Shown one piece after another: positions 53,394-64,000 of a stretch of DNA of 64,000 bases. Under the pieces are notes generated by a model that searched no databases, had not been told where the DNA came from, and saw only the letters and a program-made list of their open reading frames with translations. The first letter of the stretch is position 1; each line of letters opens with the position of its first letter. Source of the DNA: Chrysomallon squamiferum (Eukaryota; Animalia; Mollusca); contig CM022671.1 of NCBI GenBank assembly GCA_012295275.1, positions 13,888,001-13,952,000 of the forward strand, written 5' to 3'. Position numbers and translations under genes: made by a program.

Positions 53394-56300
53394 GTAAAAG
53401 CTAAATGAAAATTTCACAAACTCACATGCAGTTTCGTGCTGCCAAATCTCTGTGAACAAATTTGATGCCTGACAGATACTCCATACCTTTAGCTATGTCT
53501 ATACCAAATATTATTAGATCTTTAATTGTGGGAGTCTGAAACAAAAAACATCAGGTGAAATTTTATGATTTAGAACTAAAAATATCTTGAAAATATAAAG
53601 GTTTTTAAGAAATAAATACCTCATCCAAAACACACACATAAACAATCAAATTCAAAATGTATAGCAATAATAATAATAATAATAATAAAAGAAATAAAAC
53701 TCAGAATCTCATGTTATTTTTGTTTTGTTTTGTTTTGTTGTGGATTTTTGGGGGGGTGAGGTTTGGTTTTTCAATAGGTATTGGCACCCAAAATGTTTCT
53801 TGAAACAATAACTGTTATTTTTTGTTCTGGTGATTTAGATCATTTTACAAAAAAAAGAAAAAGATAAAAAATGATTGTTTTTACCTTTACTCCAACAAAA
53901 GTGTTGACTGATAATGTTAAGATAGAAAACAATAAATAATTTTTTTGATTTAAATAACCATTTTGACAATATTCTGATTTTTGTAGCTCATGTCTTTCAC
54001 AAAAGCTTGAAAATGCACAGACTTCAAGCATTTAACATACACATATTGTTTGGTTTTTTCCACACTGATCCCATGCTGAGATCTCATTTAATGGGTATAG
54101 GACAAAACAGAACTGGGAAAAATGGCACCGGAAAAAAGGCACTCAAAAGAAAATGGCACACTGTTTATTTTTTCTGTATAGCTGATGAAAAAAACCTAAA
54201 AGTACTTTTGAAAATACTATTTATTCATGCAGTATTGCTATATACATGTATATTAATATATAGCATCACTCAACCACTGGGTTTTGCTAAAACAAAGTAC
54301 AGTACTATAATCAGAGTTTAATATCACAATTATCACATTATTATCACATTTAAAAATACAGTATACATAACATCACTCAACACACAGTATCACTCAAACA
54401 CTTGATTTTGGTTGCCTTGAGTTTCCAGTGGATGTTGTTGTAACCAGCTTCTTGAAGGAACTCTTCAACAGTCTTGCTCTTGTCTCATCTGTCCAAACAT
54501 AACTGATGAATATGACACTGTAGCTGGGTGTACAAACATTTGACTCGCTTGCAAGGAGGCTCACCATCAGGAGCACTGAGAAAGGTTGTACGGACTTGGG
54601 CAGCATCTGCTTGAAGCCAGTGAATTACTTTCCACACAGAAAGATGAGAAACCAACACAAATATTCAATTGTGTGATTCCATGCCTCACAGAGATTGTTA
54701 GGACTTAACTGATTATGTTATTATGATCAAACAGCAAAGGAATTATGTCTGTCAGTTAATCCAAGGATGTGAGAAGGCACCTCTTAAGAGGTTCAATTAT
54801 AAATTGTTTTTGTAAGCAGGATTTCACTTACTACCAATAACTAAATGTCAATAAGCAAAACATTTCTTTTCAGATGCCATTTGTTCCAAATTTGCATAGT
54901 GCCATTTCTTCCTGGTGCCATTTTTTCTGTACCTTGATTTAGAAACTCAGCAAAAATGGCACTTAAGTTCAAAAATTGGACTATTTTCTCTCAGTATTTT
55001 AAAACAATAAAATGCATAATTATCATCCGATTTTTACAATTCAAAAAGTATTTTTTTTAGAAAAGACGTGTGTAAAGAAATACTATAAAATATACTCCTC
55101 TGTTTATTTGCTGTGAGGTAAAATCTGTGAAGGGATCCTGCTGCTAGACTCATGATTAATGTCTTTAGTTCATATTGATAGGAACAATGAACTGATTCCA
55201 ACAAATACACTGATCCTCACTTTCAACAAGATATCACTTCTCCAATTAATCAAAGCCAGGTATCTCAGAATTCCTGTCAAACCCTATATGACAAATCCTT
55301 TGTGTTGTTCAGCTGTGGTCAGTCAGCTTGTAGAAATAAATTAACTTGTTTTATCTGCCCATTGTGGACAAATAGACCATGATACCAAAACATACAAAAA
55401 CTAAATAAAATTCTTTAACTGCAAGGGCATTCATTTTGCTTATGTATCTGAATGTGCAAGTTCAAAATGTAGAAACAGCTTCCACATGTAAGAATTGAAA
55501 AGTGCTTGTAGTTTCAAGAAGCTAGGAAACTGATGGAAACATCATCCCTACTTGCTGTGGTAAAACAGTTTTATGCTGCAGTAGTCAAGGTTTCTACGAG
55601 GAGAGTTGCAATAAATACTGATATTACCTGATGATACAATGAAGTCAAATATAGAAAGCTGTCATGCATACACCCCCCCCTTCTACTCAAATGAACGAAT
55701 GCTTAGCAACACCCCAGCATGAAAAGACAGACTGATTATTGGGTGTCAGATAGAGGTATGAAAATGACTGATGTAAAATTAAATAGCAAAATAGTTTAAA
55801 AATATAAAATGTTTATAAAACACTGTGTAAAATACTGTTTAAGAATATATATAAGTCACCAAAACAAAAAAACAAGTTGTGCAGTGAAAAGAAGAATTGT
55901 CACTTTCCACTGTGGTACACACTGAACAACTTTATATCTGTGCTGAGCTGAGGAAAGATAGCGATTTTCAGCTGACTCGGGCTTTGTGTGCATCTGTGCA
56001 GTCACCAGTACCTAGTTTTAATTTGCAAATTTGATCTTAACAAAATAAAAATAAATAAAAGTTAATAATGGTTGGTAGACTAACATACATTTTTTTCATC
56101 TCGGATGTAGGACAGGAGGTCTCCATGTTTCATGAAAGGCAGAACAACTAGTGGCATGCTGTCAAGACCAAGACAAATACCAATAAGTTCAAGAACATTG
56201 GGATGATGGAAATCCTTCATAATCAGTGCTTCCTGCAGAAAAGCCTGCATCTCTATCTCTCGTGGGTTGTCCTCTGTAACACAAAGACAGTTTTTAGTTT

Positions 56301-59300
56301 TAAATTATGTCTTATTATCAGTAACGATATTCTGAAGCAAACTGTCATTAACTGTTAGAAATACAGAAACTTACGATGTAAAGTTTTCACTGCAACCATC
56401 AGATCTCCTTTTTCTTCAGCCAGAGTTAGAAATGCACGATTCACACAGCCAAAATGTCCTGTAATAAACATATTAGCTTACAAAGCAAGATAAATATAAT
56501 CAAACACACTAGTCAATTTTGTTAAATTATTAAATATTAGTTAAGGACACAAAATGTCCTGTGATAAAAACATTTTCTAATTAAACATCCAATCAAATAA
56601 ACATTTTAATTATATTAAATTAAATGTACCAATTAAAAGTATTAAAATAAACATATTAATTTTCAAAACAATCTTGTTATATTAATATAACAGAATATAT
56701 AAAATAAAATATTCTGCTTAAATATATAAGTATGAAGTACATATACCTCGTCCAATGATGTCGGCCAGTGTGAGGCAGTCTCGATCAATAAGAAGATTTT
56801 CATTTCGAATGAGAGCCAGAGTTTCCTCATCCACCACTGGAGCAGACTGCTGTCCTAGTTGAGAAAGCACTCCATGTTCAGCATAAACTGAAAATTTGTT
56901 TTACTTTATTATATATACATTTAAAATAATTAACTGGATTTATATCAGTGTGATACATGTCTATGGTAAAAGGAAAATCACAGTTTGGAACATGCACTTT
57001 TATTGCACTTTTCACAATACTTTGCATGTCATCTTTAAGTAAATGGAAGCAGTTGCTTGCATGAGCTTTCCCACTTGGTACAGGTGTAAAGTGTAAGTGT
57101 AACGAGAGGAATTTTAAATTGTTAAGGTAATTCATGCTGGACTGTCATTTGCTCTCCTTTTCAACCAAAAGAAAAGAAAATAGAGAAATAAAAATAATTA
57201 AAAAAGAAAAATCAGACAGAAAAATATGCATACACATAGACTGCTATGACAGAGAAATGCAAGAAATGTAGGAACTTAGGAAAATAGAAATGTTTGTAAA
57301 GTACTGTTTTGTTTATCAAACAAAGTAAAAGTTATCTATTAATGATCAGTTGCAACTGTTTGTATGTTGTGTCTAAGGTATTATATTATCATTTCATGAA
57401 GTCCATCCACTTGCTGTATTTACGGTTATATCATTTGGATTTTTAAAACTTTTTAAAAATAAAATTCTGTGTTAATCAATTATTAATCAATTCTGTTTCC
57501 AAGTTTTCATTTAGGCAAGTCAAGAACAAAAATTTATTTCAAAGATGGAAATATCATTACATTTTTAACAAATATTTTTCTAAAATTTTCTTCCCCGAAG
57601 CTCTGAAAACCAGTGACAATTGGATGAAAGTAAAGAGTACCATTCTGTCTGTTTTCCAGGTTGTACATGCGCTCTCCAGTTTGTCCTGTTTCAACAATAC
57701 CCTGAGTGTACTCAACTCTGTGTTCATCATCCAACTTCGGCTTGAACAAACACACCTGTTGTCTCTTCATCACACACAGAAGTACACCAACAGCAATACA
57801 GGTGATCAAAACTATCAAAATCAAAATGATGATGCTTACAGACATCTCAGCAGAAGCAGGTGCTGTATAGCGAAGATAACCAATGTGAAAGTGCAGATAG
57901 CCAACATGTACCTATAAAATAAATACAGATATCCAATATACCACTCTGAAATTAAATACAGATATCTAATATACCACTCTAAAAATATATACAGATATCA
58001 AATATACCACTCTAAAAATAAATACAGATATACAATATACCACTCTGAAAATAAATACCGATATACAATATACCACTCTAAAAATAAATACAGATATACA
58101 ATATACCACTCTGAAAATAAATACCGATATACAATATACCACTCTGAAAATAAAAACAGATATCAAATATACCACTCAAAACATAAATGCATATATTCAA
58201 CATTTATTTACACAACAGAGATACCATATAAGTATCATATAAGAAAAGGAAAAAAAAAGAAGATTTTTACCTATGAAATAAACAATTTACACAGTCAAAT
58301 AGCTACACTTCTGCATTTCTAGTTTATTATATTTACTTCTTTGTTGAATGATCAGTGATTATAAACCAAATGGCAATACAATTTAGCATTAGTACATTTT
58401 CTAGTGTATAGAAAATACAGTTTTTAAACTGACCCTGACATCTCTGTCTGGTTCATTGCTGGAGACAGTGTCTGGTTTTTCTAGAGGTGTACATTTTAGA
58501 ATAGCAGGCTTGATTTCTATTACTTCACAAAAACTGCTGCCAATGGAAATACTGTAGTCATGATAAAATAATCCAAGGTCAAGATTTTCTCCCTAATTAA
58601 AAAAAAACAGAAGATGGAAAAAAACAACACAAAAAAGCAAGAGTTAATACAAACATGATCAAATATAAACAATTATATTAAAACACACTGTCACGGGGCT
58701 CACACCTTTAAACATCTTGGCTGTTTTATTAAGGCTCAGTCTAGGGTAACAAGGTGCTTTAATGGCCACCTAACAAGGAATATAAACACTAAATTGACAG
58801 CAATCCGTATAAATCAACAAGTCTATCTATCCACTAGAGAAATAAACACAACACAAGTTAAGGTTCACGTTAATTGTTTAATTATGTTATACATGTGACT
58901 TGATAATAATACATTATACAATCATAAAACATGCATTAAAGTAATTTTGATTAATGACACGAGTAAGGTCATACAGGGAACCAAGACAAAATAAGAATCT
59001 GCATGGGCAGATTAAAACATTAAAATTTCAGGTATAATAAATGTTATTGACACAGGTTAATTGCACATTACACACTATCGAAATAAGGATAGACAATTTC
59101 TTACCATACTCATCTGTAAAGACAATGTCATTCAAGAACATTTAGTTTCCCTGCCTAACTGAATTCTCATCTTGACCGTTTCTTTTGCTCATGCTTACTT
59201 CGCTCTGCTCTGTTATCTTCTCTCTTTTAATTACCAAAATGCTAGTCTTTTTATAACAACGCCATGGATTGAAAAATTAGTGGAAACAATAAAAAGAGTG

Positions 59301-62300
59301 GATGTGATTATAGTTACAATTAAAGTTACACAATTTCAATTCCATAGCTTAAAAATAAAAGGAGTGGATCTCTGATTGAAGTAACAAATTTGGTTACGCA
59401 ATCTGAATTCCGTGACACACACATATACACAAATGATATACTAATTAGCTTACCTGGAGCTCCAGATGATCATCAGCCAGGTTAAAGAACTTAATGTGGC
59501 CTTCACCTGGAAAATGGCTGAACTTTGGATCTGGGTAGTAGAGAAAGGAACTCAGTGACTGATGGGTGATGTGGAAATTTCTCAGAGTCTGGACTCCATC
59601 CATGATAAACACAAGATTAATCATAGTTGGTCTTGGTTCAGTTGGTGTTTTTAGTAGAAGTCCTGAAACATTCAGAGCTGGACAAACCATAGCAAGTCCT
59701 CCAGGTGATACTTTACACAGCTGTAACAGAAATAAATAAATTAGTACTATGTATAGTTGTAAGAAAGGATTTACACAGGGTTAACAGAAATAAATAGTAT
59801 AATTTACCATATATTTACCATAGAGAGTTTAAAACAGATTACACAGTTACCAAATTAAATACATGAAACATATTCAGTGATAACAGAGAGTTCTTTAACT
59901 TAAAATACTTAACAGAAAACAAAAATGAAATTAAAAAAATAATAATAATAAAATTCAACAAACCTCTTGTCTTAACATTTCTTCCCCTCCTATATTTCTT
60001 CCCCCAATTCTAGGATATCCCACAGCATCAAGGTTTTTACCTGTAACAGTAATCTTTCTTCCACCACTGAAAATAAACATTAAAAACTATTTATTAAATA
60101 TATCTGACAAAATGCTTGATTTATAGATATTTCAGTTAGTTTTGTTTCATATAGGAAATAAACATACCTGACAAAAGCTCGTTTTGGAGATATTGCAATT
60201 ATTTCTGGATCAGGAAGGTAAAAGAAAGTTCCATTTTTATCGAGCATCATCCTTTCTCCATCAAGAATCACCTGTAATGGTCCTTTTCCAAGAGCTCTCT
60301 CTGAAAATCTTTTGTTTCGTGAAGATATCAGACCTGACTTTGCTGACCAGGCTTGTGTTATGCAGTTTATTTCATCACTAGATGTTCTGAAATGTCAAAT
60401 AAAGAAACTGAAATTTCAAACAAAAAAAAGAAATACATGGCATAGAAAAAAGTGTGTTTGAAGCTGTATTGCAAAATGTTGTATATTCGGTTTATTATAT
60501 TTATAAAAAATCAGTTTTGCATCTGTGGTGCTACTCTTTTTTTGTTATTCAAAACTTAATGATCGTTATAAAAATTGTTGTAAACATATGGTAACAGAGT
60601 ACTTAAAACATACACAACATCTCATAATTTATAAAACTAGTGCATTTTATAATACCTAAAAAGAAATATTAAAAAGATAAAAACAACCTTTTTTATATGG
60701 TCTAGCATCAAAAGGACAAATTACAGGAAAATTGTAAAAAATACTTTTCATTTGAATTTATGTCCCACATTGAGAAGGTTATTTTATAATAGTATTTCTT
60801 CACAATCTTTTTTATTAACTATTATTTACCTGTGCCAGAAATTCAGCAGCACTTACCTAAAAACTTTACAGGTAAAATTATAGGCAACTGAAATTTGAAG
60901 ATTACTGCCTATGTTCAGGTTATCTCCCTTAATAGTCATGTTAGTCCCACCAGACCGTGGTCCTCTGTTAGGAAAAAATCTCTTTATCTCTGGTGTCTGT
61001 GAGAAAAACAGATTATCATTATTGAGAGAGCAGAGAAAAATCAAATTGAGGACAAAGTGCTTATAGTAGAAAATGGTTCTTAAACAACATTGTTACCAGG
61101 CTTAATCTGACTTCATAGATCATTTTAACCCTGATTTTCTCAAAACAAAAATTGACTTATCATGGTTATTATGCTCTCAGCATCTGAAACATACTTGTTA
61201 TGATTACAGTACTGAAAAAAAATCAATATGCAATCTACAAATTATTCAGCAGCAAATAATAAGACAAATGGATTACTGGGTATCGCATATTTTGAAAAAA
61301 AAATTGTATATTTCTTGATGCAAAACAGAAAATACAAAACAATTAAAAACCCATCATAAGTAAATAAATAAATAAAATATACTTTTATTGTCTTATTATC
61401 AACTAAAAAAAATATAAAAATAAAATGAATGTCAGTCTCAATTTATAAATCTTTTGCTCTACGTATAATGTTTGCTTCAAATATGTTTAGCTAATTAAAT
61501 TTTAAAATGTTTACCTTGAAAATAAAAAGTGCTGATGATGTTGCATCACCTTTAACTATATATGGTCTCTTTAAACTCCTATTATCATCAAAAACATCAA
61601 TGTGAACCACGCTACTTGTTACAACATCTTTTGGGGCACTGTATGTTTTGCAAACCAAACTACAGATGACGAAAACAATTTTTAGAATGTATTTATGCAA
61701 GAAATGTCAAAGCAGAAAATACATACATATATATATATAAACTCTTCATGAACTGTTCATAAATTGTTTATTTTAACTAAAACATTGAAAAACATAGTAG
61801 TGATTCATTATAATTTATATAAAAAAATAGTTGGAACTCAAAGCTTTTTCAGATCATAGATAATACAAAATAATATGACCTGTAACATTATTTTCCACAT
61901 GACATGGGAGTTATACAGAAACTGAAAAAGAAATCTCAAATCCACCTGGTTGAATTCCATTTTGTAACTGTACATGGCACATTAGAAATGTCCACTTTGT
62001 GTTGAACATTATTGGACGTTTCTTTGGATCCAAAATTTTTTCCAGTGATTGTCAGAAGGGTTCCTCCAGCTGTAGGACCAGATGTTGGTGAAATCTGAAC
62101 AAAAAAAAAATCAATATAAGTCTGGATTTTCAGTATAATAGTAAAATTCTGTTTATTGTAACAAGCAGATTGTGTTTATATGTTTTCTGTAAAATGTTGA
62201 TGCTCTCAAAATGTCTTTCTGTCACATGTTCATTCTGTTAATAGCTAACATGTTTATTCTATAAATCTACATTTTATTTTTCTCTAACATTCTGAATCTG

Positions 62301-64000
62301 TTATGATATATTGAAAATGTGGATTTAGTTAATCCAAAATTTCTAATAACCTAGTATTTCAAATAATTCTCTAATTTTCATTTTAAAGAAGAGTAAAATA
62401 GAAAATATTATGGAAAGTAGAGAAGACAGACACGTACTGTGAATACAGAAGGAGGACACTCAGCATTACGCCAGTCTGTGATGTGAGAACACTGTTGTGA
62501 CTTGGTGCACCTGTCCTTACACCAGCCACACCCAAGAGGGTCATCACTTGAAAGACATGCATCACAGTCAGCATGGACCTGACATGAATCTGTATCAAAT
62601 TTAACTACCTGAAATTAATCAAATATTAAAAGTAATTTCTGTCAAAGAATAGATACAGAAAATTCAATCACCTCAAATTGATTAAAGTATTATAAAGTAA
62701 TTTCTAACAATAGATATAGAAAATGTAATTTCCAAAAATTAAATATTACAAAGTAGTTTCATCAGAGAATGGATATATCTATGGAAAACTTGACCAGAAT
62801 AAATTAAATTTTATGTAAATATTATAAAACCATTTCTATAACAGAACAGATATAAGAAACATGACTACATAAATTAATAATTATTTAAATATTTCAAAGT
62901 CAGTTCTATTAGAAAATAGATTAGATGAAGTATTACAAAGTTATTTTTATGCCAGTATGAATAGAAAATTGGACAAACTGAAATTAAACATTACATAAGT
63001 ATTATGAAATTATCTCTGTAGCAGAAATGAAACTATTTATTATGATAAAATTAACAAAATTATCCAAAAAATATTTTATACATCAAAAGTAGATAAATTA
63101 CTGTTATGATTTAGAAGAAGTCACTGAACATTTTGTTATAAAAAAACATTGCAGTGTTTTAAAATTATGAAACAGTGTACACACACAGGCAGAAACACAC
63201 ATACACAAAAAGAAAAAACATGAAAATCAAACAGCTGAAACTTGTGAAGTCAAATATATAAAGAAAACAGGCTAACTAAAACTAGACATTTTTTCTTAGC
63301 AAAATTATGCTTATGATAATGGAAACAGTTTTGTAACAATCAAACCTACTAGAGCAAAAATAAATTTAAAAGAAAATAATTACAATCACCTTATTACCAG
63401 CCAGTAAGTACAAACTGTTTATGTTTCTTCTTATTTCTAAGTCTTTTGAAATCCCTGCCTTTGTACTGATAGTTACATCCACGAACTTCTGTTTAACATA
63501 TTTTCTCTTTCCAACCATACTCACAAAAACCTGAAAAACATCAATAATTATATATTTATATAATATATTTATGTGTGTGTGTGTGTGTTTGGGAATATAT
63601 ATATATGCTTGGCAAAAATAAACACAAGCTTTTGATTGCTTCAAGATATTCACCAAATTATCTCATTTTGTGTGAATTATAAGAACAGTAATTTCATTTG
63701 TTTAATAAAAATTATTAAAAGGTGAGGAGCATATATACAGTAATTTTAAATTATTTGCACCAGAGGTAAATACTCCATATTCACTTTTCGCTATGGAATT
63801 CAAACATTATAATAATATTTTTTTAACAATAGTCCTGTGTATACATACTGAAAAAAGATTCTTAAAAATACCTTGAGAAGACGACCAGATGCTGTTCCCA
63901 GTATGAGTATAACATGTTCGCCAAACACAGTGTCAGTGACAGCACTGATGATGTCATTTTGGTTGTGATAGAGAAAATTGGCTGCAAGACTCTTTTCACC
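50839..64000 (-). CDS. MET: MET/RON (hepatocyte growth factor receptor)-like receptor tyrosine kinase; 5' part lies beyond the right window edge
   Basis: Exons on the minus strand: 63872->64000 and 63390-63530 (Sema end, [11 protein letters not shown]), 62438-62608 (PSI, C..C..GCGWC..CPP), 61946-62094, 61515-61659, 60857-60996, 60168-60386, 59964-60066, 59454-59720, 58434-58592 (four IPT domains, GPxxGGT motifs), 57641-57911 (TM), 56747-56887, 56375-56458 (IGRGHFGCV..VAVKTL), 56089-56273, 53426-53535 (HRDLAARNC), 52929-53091 ([26 protein letters not shown]), 52352-52488, 50839-51127 (YVNL, TAA). Confidence 0.93.
51590..52229 (+). mobile_element. pogo/Tigger-family DNA transposon deletion derivative
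   Basis: Frameshifted HTH-psq-like peptide ([28 protein letters not shown] / [11 protein letters not shown]). The right TIR reads CAGTGGTACCTTGACTAACAAGTTTAATT on the minus strand. Confidence 0.75.
54094..54933 (-). mobile_element. Mutator-like (MULE) non-autonomous element carrying a transposase C-terminal remnant
   Basis: Inverted termini GGTA.AG..AAA with internal AAATGGCAC repeats at both ends. The minus-strand remnant reads [40 protein letters not shown], resembling animal MULE transposase C-termini. Confidence 0.7.
55150..55640 (+). mobile_element. LINE (I/Nimb-like clade) ORF1 gag-like fragment, decayed
   Basis: [30 protein letters not shown], then zinc-knuckle remnants (CG..DHD, NCKG.HFAY..EC) and FQEARKL. 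Stops and frameshifts are present. Confidence 0.75.
57914..58180. repeat. 33-bp minisatellite, about 8 copies, abutting the acceptor of the MET-like TM exon
   Basis: CCACTC recurs at 57941, 57974, 58007, 58040, 58073, 58106, 58139 and 58172. This explains the periodic spurious [14 protein letters not shown]. Confidence 0.95.

Noticed and set aside
56747-56887. 141-nt phase 1-1 juxtamembrane exon as an equivalent of skippable human MET exon 14
   Set aside because: The length match is coincidental. This exon encodes the start of the kinase domain (..DIIGR), which corresponds to the end of human exon 15.
57534-57640. Read-through of the TM exon into the intron as a kinase-less isoform
   Set aside because: The donor (GTACTC) is weak, but a 35-codon open extension is within chance and there is no other support.
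57914-58180. CRISPR-like array
   Set aside because: Contiguous 33-bp units without unique spacers, in a eukaryotic intron with no cas genes. The same applies to 46277-46857 and 12945-13020.

Overview
AT-rich, intron-rich animal genomic DNA with many microsatellites, probably invertebrate (lophotrochozoan/mollusc-like; inference only). I built three multi-exon genes by hand from splice signals and reading phase. (1) A voltage-gated Ca2+ channel alpha2delta subunit (CACNA2D family) on the minus strand, ATG at 23249, running off the left edge. (2) A complete 13-exon CLCA-family gene on the plus strand, 30399-44757, about 976 aa, with HEXXH metalloprotease, VWA, FnIII-like and TM regions. (3) A MET/RON-like receptor tyrosine kinase on the minus strand (Sema end, PSI, 4 IPT, TM, kinase), entering from the right edge and ending at 50839. 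Decayed Ty3/gypsy, pogo/Tigger, MULE and LINE pieces, minisatellites and a decayed copy of the CLCA last exon are also present. The main hidden feature, not resolved by the ORF track, is a cluster of three paralogous phase 0-0 versions of alpha2delta exon 15 (5824-5928, 5166-5246, 3385-3468). They encode different versions of the dCache1 amino-acid/gabapentinoid pocket segment. One intronic element next to them can base-pair with either of two competing partner sites. This looks like a mutually exclusive exon system that switches the ligand pocket of alpha2delta. All splice models are predictions without transcript data.
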